A stretch of 64,000 nucleotides of DNA. It comes from Candidatus Poribacteria bacterium. GTDB taxonomy: Bacteria > Poribacteria > WGA-4E > WGA-3G. Within the stretch, counting starts at the first letter, position 1. Each line of letters begins with the position of its first letter. This document shows, piece after piece, positions 48,301 through 57,529 of this stretch. Location: assembly GCA_965242965.1 (NCBI GenBank), contig OZ251518.1, positions 3,744,001-3,808,000 on the forward strand, given 5' to 3'. The notes beneath the pieces were generated by a model that saw nothing but the letters and a program-made list of their open reading frames with translations, did not search any database and was not told the origin of the DNA. The position numbers and the translations under genes were made by a program.

Positions 48301-51282
48301 GCCCCCTGTCGCCGTGACTTCAACGATGTATTCGTTATTGCCCGCCGTGTTTGCCGGCAACTCGCTTCCCTGGTCTGTCGGATTCTCGAAGTTTGGCGCG
48401 GTGCTGAAATACAACACGCCGGTATATGAAATAGTAAACATCCCGCTATCCGCGCCGCTCAGCGAGTAAATGACATTGTCTGGCGCGTCTAAGTCCGTGG
48501 CACTCACCGCGGTCGCGTCGCCAACCAGAGTGCTATTTTCAGCAACGTTGAAAGCAGTATCGCTACTGTTGAAAGTCGGAGCCGCGTTTGCGTATGTCGT
48601 GGTAACTGACAGCGCAGTGCCGGTGGTAGAGATAGGGTTTCCCGCCGGGTCTGACACGCTGGCAGCAGTCAGTGTCGCGATGATGTCCCCTCCTGTTGTG
48701 GATGCTGCTGCAGGCGTGATGAGCATCTCGTAGACTGTTGCATCGGAAGGGTCTGGCGTTGGTACCCCTTTCGCTGCGCCGATAGCACTTGAACCGGTGA
48801 GCGTGACATCCGTTTCAGTAAACGAAAGCGCGTCTATCTCCTCGCTGAACGTGAAAGTCACAGGATAAGGGCCCACCGCCGCTGCCTGCGCGCTGACAGC
48901 CACCGTCGGTTGAGTCCTATCATAGATGACACTGACATCTCGGATTGAACCGGTATTGACAAGGACATTCCCTGTCACGTCCGTTACACTTCCCCGCTCC
49001 AAGGTAACCGTTACAGGCCCCTCTACTGTCGGACGGATAGTTATTGTCCAGACTCTCTCGTCGCTGGCATTCTGCGTCGGACCGCGTAGGAGAGTTGCCG
49101 TGTCCGGGGTGACACTGATATCCGCTGCGGTGAACGAATTGGCATCCAATTTCTCATTAAACGTATAAAGGACGACAAAATCCGTGTTGACGTGCTCCTT
49201 CGGTGTGCTGGCCATCACGGTAGGGCCGGTATCATAAGGCACGGTGACACTAAAAGGCGTGGTGCCGGCGTTGCCAGCCAGGTCTGCCACGCCTCCCGGG
49301 TTTACGGTGATGACGATGTCTCCATCAGCCTGTGGTGTGATAGTGGCGATGTAGTTCTCACCTGAGCCGGCAAGCGAGGTGACAGTGCCGTAGTTGACGG
49401 TAATGTCCCTTGTCTCAAAACCAGTTACGGGTTCATTAAAATCAATTTCCACTGTGAAAGGATGATGCGCTGTGCCGGTCTGCGGGAGGCCACTTGGGAA
49501 ACTCGGGCGCGCGACTGTCACCGTCGGCGGCGTGATATCATACTTCACAGTGGCGGTGTTGATACCCGCGGCGGCGATGGCATTCCCAACCACATCGTGA
49601 ACGCCACCGGCATTCAAGGTAACCGTAATATCGCCATCGGTTGCCGTGTTCGCTGGTGTCACCGTCACCGTGTAGATATGCGCCGTCCTATCTATCAAAC
49701 TCGGTTCACTGACAGTAGGATTCGTCAAGCCCGGTCCAGTGGCACTGATATCCGCAGCGGTGAATCCATCGGCACCGGTGCCGAGTGCCTCAGAGAAGTC
49801 AAACGTTACGTTGAACGCGGTGTTCGCGCGCGCCGGTCCGCTGATAACCACTGTCGGTGCGACGATATCCGTGGGTCTGGTATCAAAATCAATAGTCCGT
49901 GAGTATTGCGGGGTAGCAGGCACCGGAATCACGGTGGTGCCGGCGGTTGCGGCGTTTTCCCGCAAACCGAGTTGCAGGGTTCCCGCGCTATTCGCGGCGG
50001 GTGTGATACTCACGGTGTAGGTTGTCCCGCTCCCCGAAACGCTGAACGTTGGGTTCCGCGCGCCTGCTGTCAAAACCACGTTCAGTGAGACATCGGCTGT
50101 ATCAAACCCTGTCACGCTTTCGGAGAAGGTAACGGTCACGTTGAAGCTCCCGATTGGCGTGCTGGTAGGTTCGGTGAAGGTTACCGTTGGCGCGTCGGGG
50201 ATATCTCCCCAAAGCATATCGGTGAACATGCCGCGGACGATATCGCCCGGGTCATGAATAGATTCCGCAGAACCGTACCGCGGTGTCATCAAAGAGTTCG
50301 GGTTGCCGGCCGGATAGGTAGTCTCGTCCAAATGGGCGTAGCTGGAACCCGGATTCCAAGGGTTCGGCGCGTAAAGTTTCGGACGAATGCCACCGTTTTT
50401 CGCGACTCCGTATTTCCCAACCCAATAGAGATTATTGCTGGTGAAGGCAGAGAGGAGGGCAGCGGAGGGATCTTCGTATTTGGCTATCAACTTATTTTGA
50501 AGCGAATCCGTTGCACCCTCAATGACAAAGAAATCGTAAATCCCGGGGGCACCGTAGTACCTGTCCTGTCCTTGTATCCAGAAGCGAACGGTTCCCAATT
50601 CTGGTGTCAGAGGCCTGCCCGCCGCCAAAAAACCGAGGCCGTGAAACAATTCATGGAGCACTACCGTCACAAAGTCATATCTCCCCGGCGGTGTGTTCCC
50701 GTCAAGTCCGAAATACCAAAGATCGGCTTTGTTGCTGAACGATGTCAGGATGTCTGGGCTCCCGGGGTTCAAATCGGCTCCGCGAAGTTTATCGGCATGC
50801 GCATCGGTGAACCAGAAACTGCCCACAGCAGAACTAAATAGCCATCTAAAAGAGGTCCTCGCGGACCCTAAAGTGTTTGCCTCCTCGAACTGTTTCAATT
50901 CCGCGGTTACCCGGATTGTTACGGGGGATGAGATAATGCTTGAGGCGATGTTCACGGCGTGTTGAAAGGCTGCTTGTGCCTCTGGCGTGAAGCCGGTGTA
51001 GGTAACCTCAAATGCGGCGGCTTGCGCGGCATTCCCGGTGATGCCGAGTGAACGCGCCGGGACGCGCGTGTGCATGTCTTGATTAATCGCTTCGATAATA
51101 ATTCCTTCTGCCGCGACTTTCTCGCCGGTGTATGTGAAGTCTTGGCTGAGGACTGCCGGTGTCATTCCGACGCACAGCAATAACACGAGGCACGCCAGAA
51201 GTTGCTGTGTCCCGTAAAAGCGAGAGGTTAATCCTTTGTTAAGTAAGGGGGGGGTCTTGTTAGTTTGCGTTAGTTGTTTCAT
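45325..51282 (-). CDS. Large secreted multidomain protein: zincin-like peptidase, Ig-like repeats, cadherin, FN3, lamin-tail-like domains
   Basis: Signal peptide; HELFHGLGF; repeated F-S/N-E-x-V/L Ig-like units; VAENST...ATDLD...APNFENP; WTAPANTGPEITGYDVQY; (PE)n and poly-G linker; NEI...DWIELRN and SEMM...QWIELYN; PLPVELAHF domain. Confidence 0.88.
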   Translation of the reverse strand: MKQLTQTNKTPPLLNKGLTSRFYGTQQLLACLVLLLCVGMTPAVLSQDFTYTGEKVAAEGIIIEAINQDMHTRVPARSLGITGNAAQAAAFEVTYTGFTPEAQAAFQHAVNIASSIISSPVTIRVTAELKQFEEANTLGSARTSFRWLFSSAVGSFWFTDAHADKLRGADLNPGSPDILTSFSNKADLWYFGLDGNTPPGRYDFVTVVLHELFHGLGFLAAGRPLTPELGTVRFWIQGQDRYYGAPGIYDFFVIEGATDSLQNKLIAKYEDPSAALLSAFTSNNLYWVGKYGVAKNGGIRPKLYAPNPWNPGSSYAHLDETTYPAGNPNSLMTPRYGSAESIHDPGDIVRGMFTDMLWGDIPDAPTVTFTEPTSTPIGSFNVTVTFSESVTGFDTADVSLNVVLTAGARNPTFSVSGSGTTYTVSITPAANSAGTLQLGLRENAATAGTTVIPVPATPQYSRTIDFDTRPTDIVAPTVVISGPARANTAFNVTFDFSEALGTGADGFTAADISATGPGLTNPTVSEPSLIDRTAHIYTVTVTPANTATDGDITVTLNAGGVHDVVGNAIAAAGINTATVKYDITPPTVTVARPSFPSGLPQTGTAHHPFTVEIDFNEPVTGFETRDITVNYGTVTSLAGSGENYIATITPQADGDIVITVNPGGVADLAGNAGTTPFSVTVPYDTGPTVMASTPKEHVNTDFVVLYTFNEKLDANSFTAADISVTPDTATLLRGPTQNASDERVWTITIRPTVEGPVTVTLERGSVTDVTGNVLVNTGSIRDVSVIYDRTQPTVAVSAQAAAVGPYPVTFTFSEEIDALSFTETDVTLTGSSAIGAAKGVPTPDPSDATVYEMLITPAAASTTGGDIIATLTAASVSDPAGNPISTTGTALSVTTTYANAAPTFNSSDTAFNVAENSTLVGDATAVSATDLDAPDNVIYSLSGADSGMFTISYTGVLYFSTAPNFENPTDQGSELPANTAGNNEYIVEVTATGGTDGRAKSVSKIIVVTVTDVAEPPSTPFAPTVLSLSATSLHVTWTAPANTGPEITGYDVQYREGATGDWIDVYHADASTTAILTGLNQDSAYQVQVRARNAEGTSPWSGCSALVACAAATSGDSQVLTLESITLVNVQQTTNLPTFDVAFRFSGALATTGPGAFTVEDVNLIAEDNATATLSAPVHTDVIQHIWTVTVTPTSEGTFTFNLHHGSVTKASGNAYALDMSKNLVVPWDVSPPAITGSFQFPPNPPAQYTAGSVIEVQATFDEDNVRYTGTPPYILLYVGSNERQAYWARQEDTNSTLVTFVYTVTSADNAQYVSPKPNSLTIPVGSDIVDGDGNSVVMAAKRAQNLSPDAPLETPLQISTGDAPPILNIPIIGTPEPEPEPEPEPEPEPVTQASSGGGGGGGGGGGGGGGLPRVSRTRVPRTPIVFNEIGNGSDDENDWIELRNVTSKPVPLKNWEISIIADDEKADKSLVEIPNGAQYSLPANGILLVTNTAPGKTHLAAGENIAKAPDATGKKKGATHLYLVAPKLRIPNDGQFLLILRNARNQNGKSANIIDVAGGGGTDTDAFIADTARTFQTDIWPLKNTRHPGGNTEEALVADAVWRRDKATVVGYHKTAWEKAGPTGLGYDRQVRVSWATGGTPGYPNDAVKSKASDFADDATVSVSEMMFAAGSNGRLPQWIELYNSSQTQAVNLKGWTLEIQNADADEFRGKLKAVLTLEKRIVLPNQTLLIFSAGSRNSGEEHFPSARRYSLYYNEAHRAALGMKNQRDTVLSPAGFTLTLSDSEGTLVDEVGNLAENAPMWQLPAGREEGRRSSIIRRYRKGLPADGTKRSGWVNAASLTIKDVNTYYGHPEDIGTPGYRRGGPLPVELAHFRAVRAESGVLLTWHTASELDNAGFNILRSETGDGKFTSITPRLIPGAGTTGERTDYTFVDKTAKPGIEYYYRLEDVSLMGARQLLATRQMRGHFSAVNRHLTTLGELKKRK

Positions 51283-51297
51283 TCGTATTTTCTCCTA

Positions 51298-51508
51298 TAA
51301 TTTGGAGCAGGATTAGGAGCAGGATTTTCAAGATTAGGAGCAGGATTTCCAGGATTTCCAAGATTTCACAGGATTAGGGCTCTGGTGCACCGGCACCGTT
51401 TTGGCAAGCCACGAGGTATTCGATGCATCAGAACCCCAAAAAAAATCTTGCTAATCTTGCTCAATCTTGTAAATCCTGCTCAATCTTGCTCAATCCTGCT
51501 CCTAAATT
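51298..51508. repeat. Second repeat family: inverted arms of 9-bp units around a conserved core
   Basis: GGAGCAGGATT... arms with GGCACCGTTTTGGCAAGCCACGAGGTATTCGA core and ...AATCCTGCTCC; homologous to 26922-27272. Confidence 0.8.
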
Positions 51509-51510
51509 GC

Positions 51511-52329
51511 TTACCTTCGGCGTTTCACATTGCCCCAGGTGGTTGTCAATTTCCCTCCCGGTTGCACTGCCAGCCCACCGATAGTTTTCATGGCGAGATT
51601 TATCTCATCGATGTCAATCACCCGGTCCCACATAAAGACCTCGGCAATGACAGCGTTGAGCCATTGTCCGTCCTCCCGATGCGCGATGAACACCGGCCGC
51701 TCGCCGGTTTCACAGGGTCCGCCGCCGTTATCGCCTGCCTGCGCGACCGGGTCCTTCTCGCCGTTGACATAGACGCGCACGCCTTCCTTCAGTTTAAACG
51801 TGCCGCATTGATGAATCCACTCGCCTTGCGGCGCGGCACCGGGGCCGTTCGGTTCGGACACGCCGGAGCCGGGGCACGTCCACACCGACATCCCTGCGCC
51901 GAAGTCGTCATACACGTAGAGCGCGAATTCCCACGCATTGCCGTTACCTTTCATGACGATAGGCTGCCGCGTTTGCCCGTGTGCATCGGTGCCGACTTTC
52001 AACACTTTGACCCAGGCACAAATCGTGATGCCCTTCTTATCGTCAAAATGCGAGTCGATGTCCTTATTCTGCCCCGCCATGTCGATTTTGACATAGGTGG
52101 ACTTGCCGTCAAATTCCATCGCTTTGTTGATGGATTCGTGCTTGGCATCCACCCATTTCGGCGCATCTTTGCTGAGTTCGGTTTCAAACTCATTGGGGCC
52201 ATGGTCAGCGACGGTTTCACCCGCTCCTTCGTTGAGCGGTAGATACATCCACAATCCATCTTCTATGTCCGCAGCGTGGACAGCAAAGACGACTGCGATG
52301 AACAGCGTAACAAATATAACTTGACGCAT
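51511..52329 (-). CDS. Secreted LamG/concanavalin-like domain protein
   Basis: Signal peptide; YLPLNEGAGETVAD, AMEFDG, ITICAWV; C-terminal AVQPGGKLTTTWGNVKRRR. Confidence 0.88.
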   Translation of the reverse strand: MRQVIFVTLFIAVVFAVHAADIEDGLWMYLPLNEGAGETVADHGPNEFETELSKDAPKWVDAKHESINKAMEFDGKSTYVKIDMAGQNKDIDSHFDDKKGITICAWVKVLKVGTDAHGQTRQPIVMKGNGNAWEFALYVYDDFGAGMSVWTCPGSGVSEPNGPGAAPQGEWIHQCGTFKLKEGVRVYVNGEKDPVAQAGDNGGGPCETGERPVFIAHREDGQWLNAVIAEVFMWDRVIDIDEINLAMKTIGGLAVQPGGKLTTTWGNVKRRR

Positions 52330-52359
52330 CTTTTTTTCCTCCTATAGAAGTTGGTTTAG

Positions 52360-52455
52360 ATGAGAGTGTTTCGTAACTCGTTGTTGTCAAAATGGTTTCG
52401 TGATACCCTGAACGATTCAGTTTTCCCGGTAGGAGAGACCTCCCGGTCTCGATTT
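52360..52455. repeat. Degenerate minimal TIR pair plus one REP hairpin
   Basis: TGAGAGTGTTTCGTA ... CGTGATACCCTGA, then GTAGGAGAGACCTCCCGGTCTCGAT. Confidence 0.55.
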
Positions 52456-52456
52456 C

Positions 52457-53263
52457 TTACTTTTGACGCGCCAAACGGGCCCGAGCAACGCGCAGGAGAT
52501 TCTGCGTCTCAGCAGCATCAGGATTTAACTGCAAGGCGCGTTCCAACGCCGCGACAGCCTCACGATAGGCACCCTGCTGTGTATAGCAAAGCCCGAGTTC
52601 ATGGTGCGCCTGCGCATGGTTTGGATCGAACTGATGAATTGCCGTGAACGCCGCAATCGCCTCCACAAACCGTTCTGTTTCACGGTAAATGGTACCGAGT
52701 TGCATCAGTACCTCCGGCAAATCGGGTTGCAGGGAGATTGCCGTTTCAAAAGCAGCGATGGCTTCGGGGAACATCCGTTTATGCCGATACGCCACGCCGA
52801 TGCCGAAGTAGGCATGGACGTGCGTCCCATCGCGCGTGAGTGCCTTCTCAAATTCAGCGATTGCCTCGTCTAATCTGCCGGCGAGTCCGTATACCCTGCC
52901 CAGGTCTGCATACGCCGATGCCATGTCCGGCCGCAACGCAATCACGCGCCGATACGCCTCAATCGCCTCGCCGAGTTTCCCCTGCATCACGTAGACCGTG
53001 GCCAAGTTGTGATGTGCCGCGGCAAGCGTCGGCTTCATCGCAATAGCGCGTTGATACGCCGCTACCGCCGCGTCCAACTTCTCTTCGCGCAGGTAAGTCG
53101 TGCCGCTGTTATTATAGTCCTGCGCGGTTGGAGATGCCGCGGGCTTCTGCGCAGCAGGTTGGGTGACAGGCGGTTTCTTCGCAGGTGGCGGAGTCTCTGC
53201 ATCGCATCCGCAAATAAGCCCGAAGATTGCGAGAAAGAGGAACGCTGACAGATATTCCCTCAT
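52457..53263 (-). CDS. TPR-repeat lipoprotein
   Basis: Lipobox ICGC; about six 34-aa TPR units. Confidence 0.9.
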   Translation of the reverse strand: MREYLSAFLFLAIFGLICGCDAETPPPAKKPPVTQPAAQKPAASPTAQDYNNSGTTYLREEKLDAAVAAYQRAIAMKPTLAAAHHNLATVYVMQGKLGEAIEAYRRVIALRPDMASAYADLGRVYGLAGRLDEAIAEFEKALTRDGTHVHAYFGIGVAYRHKRMFPEAIAAFETAISLQPDLPEVLMQLGTIYRETERFVEAIAAFTAIHQFDPNHAQAHHELGLCYTQQGAYREAVAALERALQLNPDAAETQNLLRVARARLARQK

Positions 53264-54942
53264 TTTTCAGATTCACCCTCAATCACCGTGATGCGCTGAT
53301 TCGCCTTGAGTGCAACCCGCCGTTCGGTTTTCCCGGAGGGCCAGGTTACCTCAAGTTGCGCGACTGTGTCGTTTTGTCCCAACCCGAACGTTAATGTCAG
53401 TTCGCTTTGAGAACAATAACTGCTCCCTGTCCGCACCGTCCGCTGTTGCATTGTATCGCCTGCAGTCACCTGCACCTTCGCGCCGATGCCGTCCCGATTG
53501 CTCTTCGTGCCGACAAGTTTGACGCGGAGGTAATTCCCGATAGACTCGCTATCATTGCGCAGGAGCCAAGGTGTGGCATAAGCCGCATCAACGCCGTTGT
53601 TGCTGACGAGTAGATCCAAGTCGCCATCATTGTCGTAATCGCCGTAGGCACAGCCGCGGCCGACACCGGGGGTTTGCAACCCTGCGCGTTTGCCGATGTC
53701 GCGAAAAGTGCCATCGCCGCGGTTTTGGAAGAGAGCCGGCAGTTGCGCATAAGGCGTGTGTTGCTGATACCTAGCCACCTCCGGCTCAATGTGTCCGTTG
53801 ACAAAAAACAGGTCGAGGTATCCATCAAAATCGCAATCGAAGAAGAGCAGCCCGAACGTCAGCGCGCGGCGGCTCACATCGCCGATTTGCACCTTATCCG
53901 CCGTGTCTGTAAAGTAATCTGCACCCGGTTCCGCAGAAAAGAACGCCGTTTTTTCGTTGCTGAAATTACCGATGGCGATAGCGGTGCCGCCGGTGTTATG
54001 GACATCTGCCGCGTCAATTCCCATGCTCCCGCGCGCCTTGCCGGTGGCACTGAAGGCGACTCCCATCACAATCGCTTCATCGGTGAACGTGCCATCGCCA
54101 TTATTCCGATACAGGCAATTCGGTTCCGTATCGTTAGCGACACCCAGGTCTGGCCAGCCGTCACCGTCGTAATCTAGCACGCACACGCCGAGTGATTTTC
54201 CGTTAGGATTGTGCAAGCCTGCCGGTAATGTCACATCTTCAAACGTGCCATCGCCTCGGTTGCGATAGAACAGACAAGATTGCCCCGCGTAAACCGTCGG
54301 CGTGCAATAAGAGGGATGCCCTGCGACGTTGCAAGGGATATCCGTTTCCTGTGTCCACGCAACGTAATTACAGAGAAAAAGATCGAGCCAACCGTCCCTA
54401 TCTGCGTCAAAAAACGCCGCACTCGTTCCCCAGCCAGCGTCACCCACGTTTGCGAATTCGGTGGCATCCGTGAACGTCCCGTCGCCATTATTGCGGAACA
54501 ACCGATTTTTGCCGACAGCGGTGAGGTAAATATCGGCATCGCCATCGTTATCGTAATCGGCACTCGTTACGCCCATGCCGTAAATAGGGACGTTGAGGTT
54601 GGCTTCTGCGGTAACGTCAGCAAATGTGCCGTTCCCGAGGTTCCGGTAGAGACGCGAGGTATGCGTTGCATCCGGCGCGTGCCAGTCTCTCCCGTTCACC
54701 AGCAAGATATCCAGATTGCCATCGGCATCGTAATCCAAAAACGCGCAGCCAGAACCCATCGTTTCCGGCATATAACGTTCGCCGGTAGCCCCGGTCATGT
54801 GCCGAAATCGGATACCTGCCGCTTCAGTGACATCAACGAATTTGACATTCGCACTTGCAGGGAGATGGACACAAAGGATAAAAACAACAACCTTGCAAAT
54901 CTTCACAAAGCAGCGCAAGAAGTCAAACTTTGTAGAATTCAA
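53260..54942 (-). CDS. CRTAC1-family (FG-GAP/VCBS + ASPIC/UnbV) protein
   Basis: ETMGSGCAFLDYDADG, repeated DYDNDGD and NxGDGTF, NRDGIGA, SYCSQS...FGLG...WPSG. Confidence 0.92.
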   Translation of the reverse strand: MNSTKFDFLRCFVKICKVVVFILCVHLPASANVKFVDVTEAAGIRFRHMTGATGERYMPETMGSGCAFLDYDADGNLDILLVNGRDWHAPDATHTSRLYRNLGNGTFADVTAEANLNVPIYGMGVTSADYDNDGDADIYLTAVGKNRLFRNNGDGTFTDATEFANVGDAGWGTSAAFFDADRDGWLDLFLCNYVAWTQETDIPCNVAGHPSYCTPTVYAGQSCLFYRNRGDGTFEDVTLPAGLHNPNGKSLGVCVLDYDGDGWPDLGVANDTEPNCLYRNNGDGTFTDEAIVMGVAFSATGKARGSMGIDAADVHNTGGTAIAIGNFSNEKTAFFSAEPGADYFTDTADKVQIGDVSRRALTFGLLFFDCDFDGYLDLFFVNGHIEPEVARYQQHTPYAQLPALFQNRGDGTFRDIGKRAGLQTPGVGRGCAYGDYDNDGDLDLLVSNNGVDAAYATPWLLRNDSESIGNYLRVKLVGTKSNRDGIGAKVQVTAGDTMQQRTVRTGSSYCSQSELTLTFGLGQNDTVAQLEVTWPSGKTERRVALKANQRITVIEGESEK

Positions 54943-55921
54943 CGACGTTGCCTGCCATATCGGCGACTTTCTCGACGAGCCTGTCTCGTTCCTCGTCGTC
55001 CATACTGGTGAACCCTTTGGCGATGTCGATTTTTTCCTGCAACTGCTCGGCGTTATCCGGTCCTGTCACAAGCGTGCTAACTGGGAGGGACCAGACGAAC
55101 CGAATCGCTTCGGAGATGCTGACGCGGTCTGGCACAACTCTCGGGTTCATGCCGTGCTGTCCGTGCTTGGAGCCGCCGAAGAAGCCGCCGTTCGCCAACG
55201 CCTTCATCCCGATGACACCGATGTTGCGTTCAACGAGTGTCGGCACGACGCGCTCGATGAAACTTTCGTAACTGACATCAACGAGGTTCATGGACAATTG
55301 GCACGTGTCGAAAATATCACTCTGCTCCAACACGCGTTCGTGCGCGGCGGGACTGGAGTGCCCGGTGAAACCGATGTATCGGGTTTTGCCGGTTTCCTTC
55401 GCTTCCTGCATCACGTCGAAAACGCCGTTATCGATGCGTTCGTCTACGTCTTCTGGATTCCGGACGGCATGCACCTGCCAAAGATCGAGTCTGTCGGTAT
55501 TGAGACGTTTGAGCGATGCTTCGAGGTGCTGCCGTGCGCCTTCCGCGTCGCGCGCTGTCGTTTTCGTCATCAGGAAAATATCATCGCGATACTTCGGCAC
55601 GAGCAGTTTTCCGAGGCGGCTTTCGCTGCGCACACCATTTTCGGCGTAAGATTCCGCGCTATCAAAGAACCGCACGCCGCCTTTCAGAGCTGTCTCGATG
55701 GTTTTCTGTGCCTCCGCTTCCTTCATATTCACAATATGCCAGCCGCCGACACCGAGCATCGTCACTGCTTCGCCTGTGCGTCCGAGCCGCCGGGTAGGCA
55801 GAAGCGTTCCCAGCCGGTCGCGGGTTTTGTGTTCTTCGCCAGAACCTACCGATGCAGTGGACAAGAGGATGCCCGTAGTCAAGCCTGCCATCGATTTCAG
55901 AAATTCACGTCGATCAATCAT
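54923..55921 (-). CDS. Tat-exported aldo/keto reductase
   Basis: DRREFLK twin-arginine signal; FFDSAESY, SLKRLNTDRLDLWQVH, GKTRYIGFTGH. Confidence 0.9.
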   Translation of the reverse strand: MIDRREFLKSMAGLTTGILLSTASVGSGEEHKTRDRLGTLLPTRRLGRTGEAVTMLGVGGWHIVNMKEAEAQKTIETALKGGVRFFDSAESYAENGVRSESRLGKLLVPKYRDDIFLMTKTTARDAEGARQHLEASLKRLNTDRLDLWQVHAVRNPEDVDERIDNGVFDVMQEAKETGKTRYIGFTGHSSPAAHERVLEQSDIFDTCQLSMNLVDVSYESFIERVVPTLVERNIGVIGMKALANGGFFGGSKHGQHGMNPRVVPDRVSISEAIRFVWSLPVSTLVTGPDNAEQLQEKIDIAKGFTSMDDEERDRLVEKVADMAGNVVEFYKV

Positions 55922-56026
55922 GGTTTTACACCTCTCTAATTTAGCTTTATTCTATATCTATTTCGGTTTTTTGTCAAGAAATTTTTTGCTTGACAAAAAT
56001 CGCCTACTTCCATTAAAATATCTGCC

Positions 56027-56752
56027 ATGACATACGCACAACGCAACCCTATTCCCGATAAACTTGTCGTCCTCACGTTTGATGATGGATGCAAATCGCA
56101 AGCCACCTTCGTCGCACCGCTCTTGACGCATTACGGCTTCAGCGCGACGTTCTATATCACCGAAGGGCTCGGGTTCCTGAAAAATAAGGAAGCCTATATG
56201 ACATGGGAAGAGGTGCGCGGCTTACACGATGCCGGCTTTGAAATCGGCAATCACACGCGCCATCACCGAAACGTTACGCAACAATCCGATGCCGAACTCA
56301 GTGCGGACTTACAACACATTGATGCGCAATGCGAAGTTTACGGCATTCCGCGCCCGACAACCTTCTGTTATCCCGGCTATAGCCACGGTGAAGCGGCGGT
56401 GAAGGTGCTTGCAAAGCACGGCTTCCAATTCGCGCGGCGCGGCGTTGCCCCCGAATTCCCTTACGATGGCGAAGGCGGCAGAGGCCCAGCCTATAACCCC
56501 GCGGTGCATCACCCACTCCTCGTTCCGACGACAGGTGCCTCCGGACCGCATTGGAATTTTGACGATTTCACGTGGGCCCTCGCGCAGGCGAAAGAGGGAC
56601 ATATCCCTGTCCTCACCTTCCACGGCGTGCCAGACCTGGAGCATCCGTGGGTGCATACCGAACCTGAGGCATTTGAGGCATACATGGCTTACCTGGCTGA
56701 GCACGGGTATACCGTCCTTTCCCTGCGAGATCTTGGCGAGTATGGGGTTTGA
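56027..56752 (+). CDS. Polysaccharide deacetylase (CE4) family protein
   Basis: LTFDDG, EIGNHTRHH, FCYPG, LTFHG. Confidence 0.9.
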   Translation: MTYAQRNPIPDKLVVLTFDDGCKSQATFVAPLLTHYGFSATFYITEGLGFLKNKEAYMTWEEVRGLHDAGFEIGNHTRHHRNVTQQSDAELSADLQHIDAQCEVYGIPRPTTFCYPGYSHGEAAVKVLAKHGFQFARRGVAPEFPYDGEGGRGPAYNPAVHHPLLVPTTGASGPHWNFDDFTWALAQAKEGHIPVLTFHGVPDLEHPWVHTEPEAFEAYMAYLAEHGYTVLSLRDLGEYGV

Positions 56753-56794
56753 TTGGGGGATTTTCCTTTTTAAGACAGGGGAGGTTTCTTCAAT

Positions 56795-56905
56795 GCATCG
56801 AGACCAGGAGGTCTCTCCTACCGGAACGAATCGAGAAGCGTGAGGTCTCTCCTACCGAGGGGAGTTGAGACGAGACCGTAGTTCGGGCTCGCCTGATCCC
56901 GAACG
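56795..56905. repeat. REP hairpin cluster
   Basis: CATCGAGACCAGGAGGTCTCTCCTAC and GTAGTTCGGGCTCGCCTGATCCCGAAC. Confidence 0.7.
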
Positions 56906-56936
56906 GGGTGGAAGGAGATACTGGCACATTTAGTAT

Positions 56937-57494
56937 ATGCTTAAAGAATTATTCACGAACAACCTTACTCGGTGGGATAAACTGCTGTTTCACCGCATCT
57001 TCAGTTGGAGCGACAAGAAGTTCCTGAACCGTTCCCTGCGTCTCTTCTCATGGAGCGCGAACGGCTACCTCTATCCCCTTATCGTGCTCTACATCTTCTT
57101 GACAGGCGATGCCGACATGAGTGCCGCTTTTCTGGTATCAGCCGCCTTCGCGTTTTCCATTGACAGGTGTCTCTATATTCTCCTCAAACAGTCAATGAAA
57201 CGCGACCGGCCCTTTGAAGGGATAGTTGACGTGGAGTTCCGCGTTCAGCCGCCAGACCGGTTTAGTTTTCCCTCAGGGCATACGGCATCGGCGTTCCTCA
57301 TGGCGACGCTCCTAGTCTGCACACTTTCGCTGAATAAAGCGGAGCAAATCCCGATATTTCTGTGGGCAAGCACGGTAGGGGTTGCGCGAGTTTATCTCGG
57401 CGTGCATTATCCTACGGACGTTTTAGCGGGTGCGATTCTCGGTATCACAACGGCGCAGTTGGGGATGTTGGCGCAGGCATTTTTTGTCTCGTGA
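56937..57494 (+). CDS. PAP2-family membrane phosphatase
   Basis: K...RDRP, SFPSGH, ARVYLGVHYPTDV. Confidence 0.92.
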   Translation: MLKELFTNNLTRWDKLLFHRIFSWSDKKFLNRSLRLFSWSANGYLYPLIVLYIFLTGDADMSAAFLVSAAFAFSIDRCLYILLKQSMKRDRPFEGIVDVEFRVQPPDRFSFPSGHTASAFLMATLLVCTLSLNKAEQIPIFLWASTVGVARVYLGVHYPTDVLAGAILGITTAQLGMLAQAFFVS

Positions 57495-57529
57495 TTCTGT
57501 GGTTTTGCGTATCTGCACATCATGGATGC

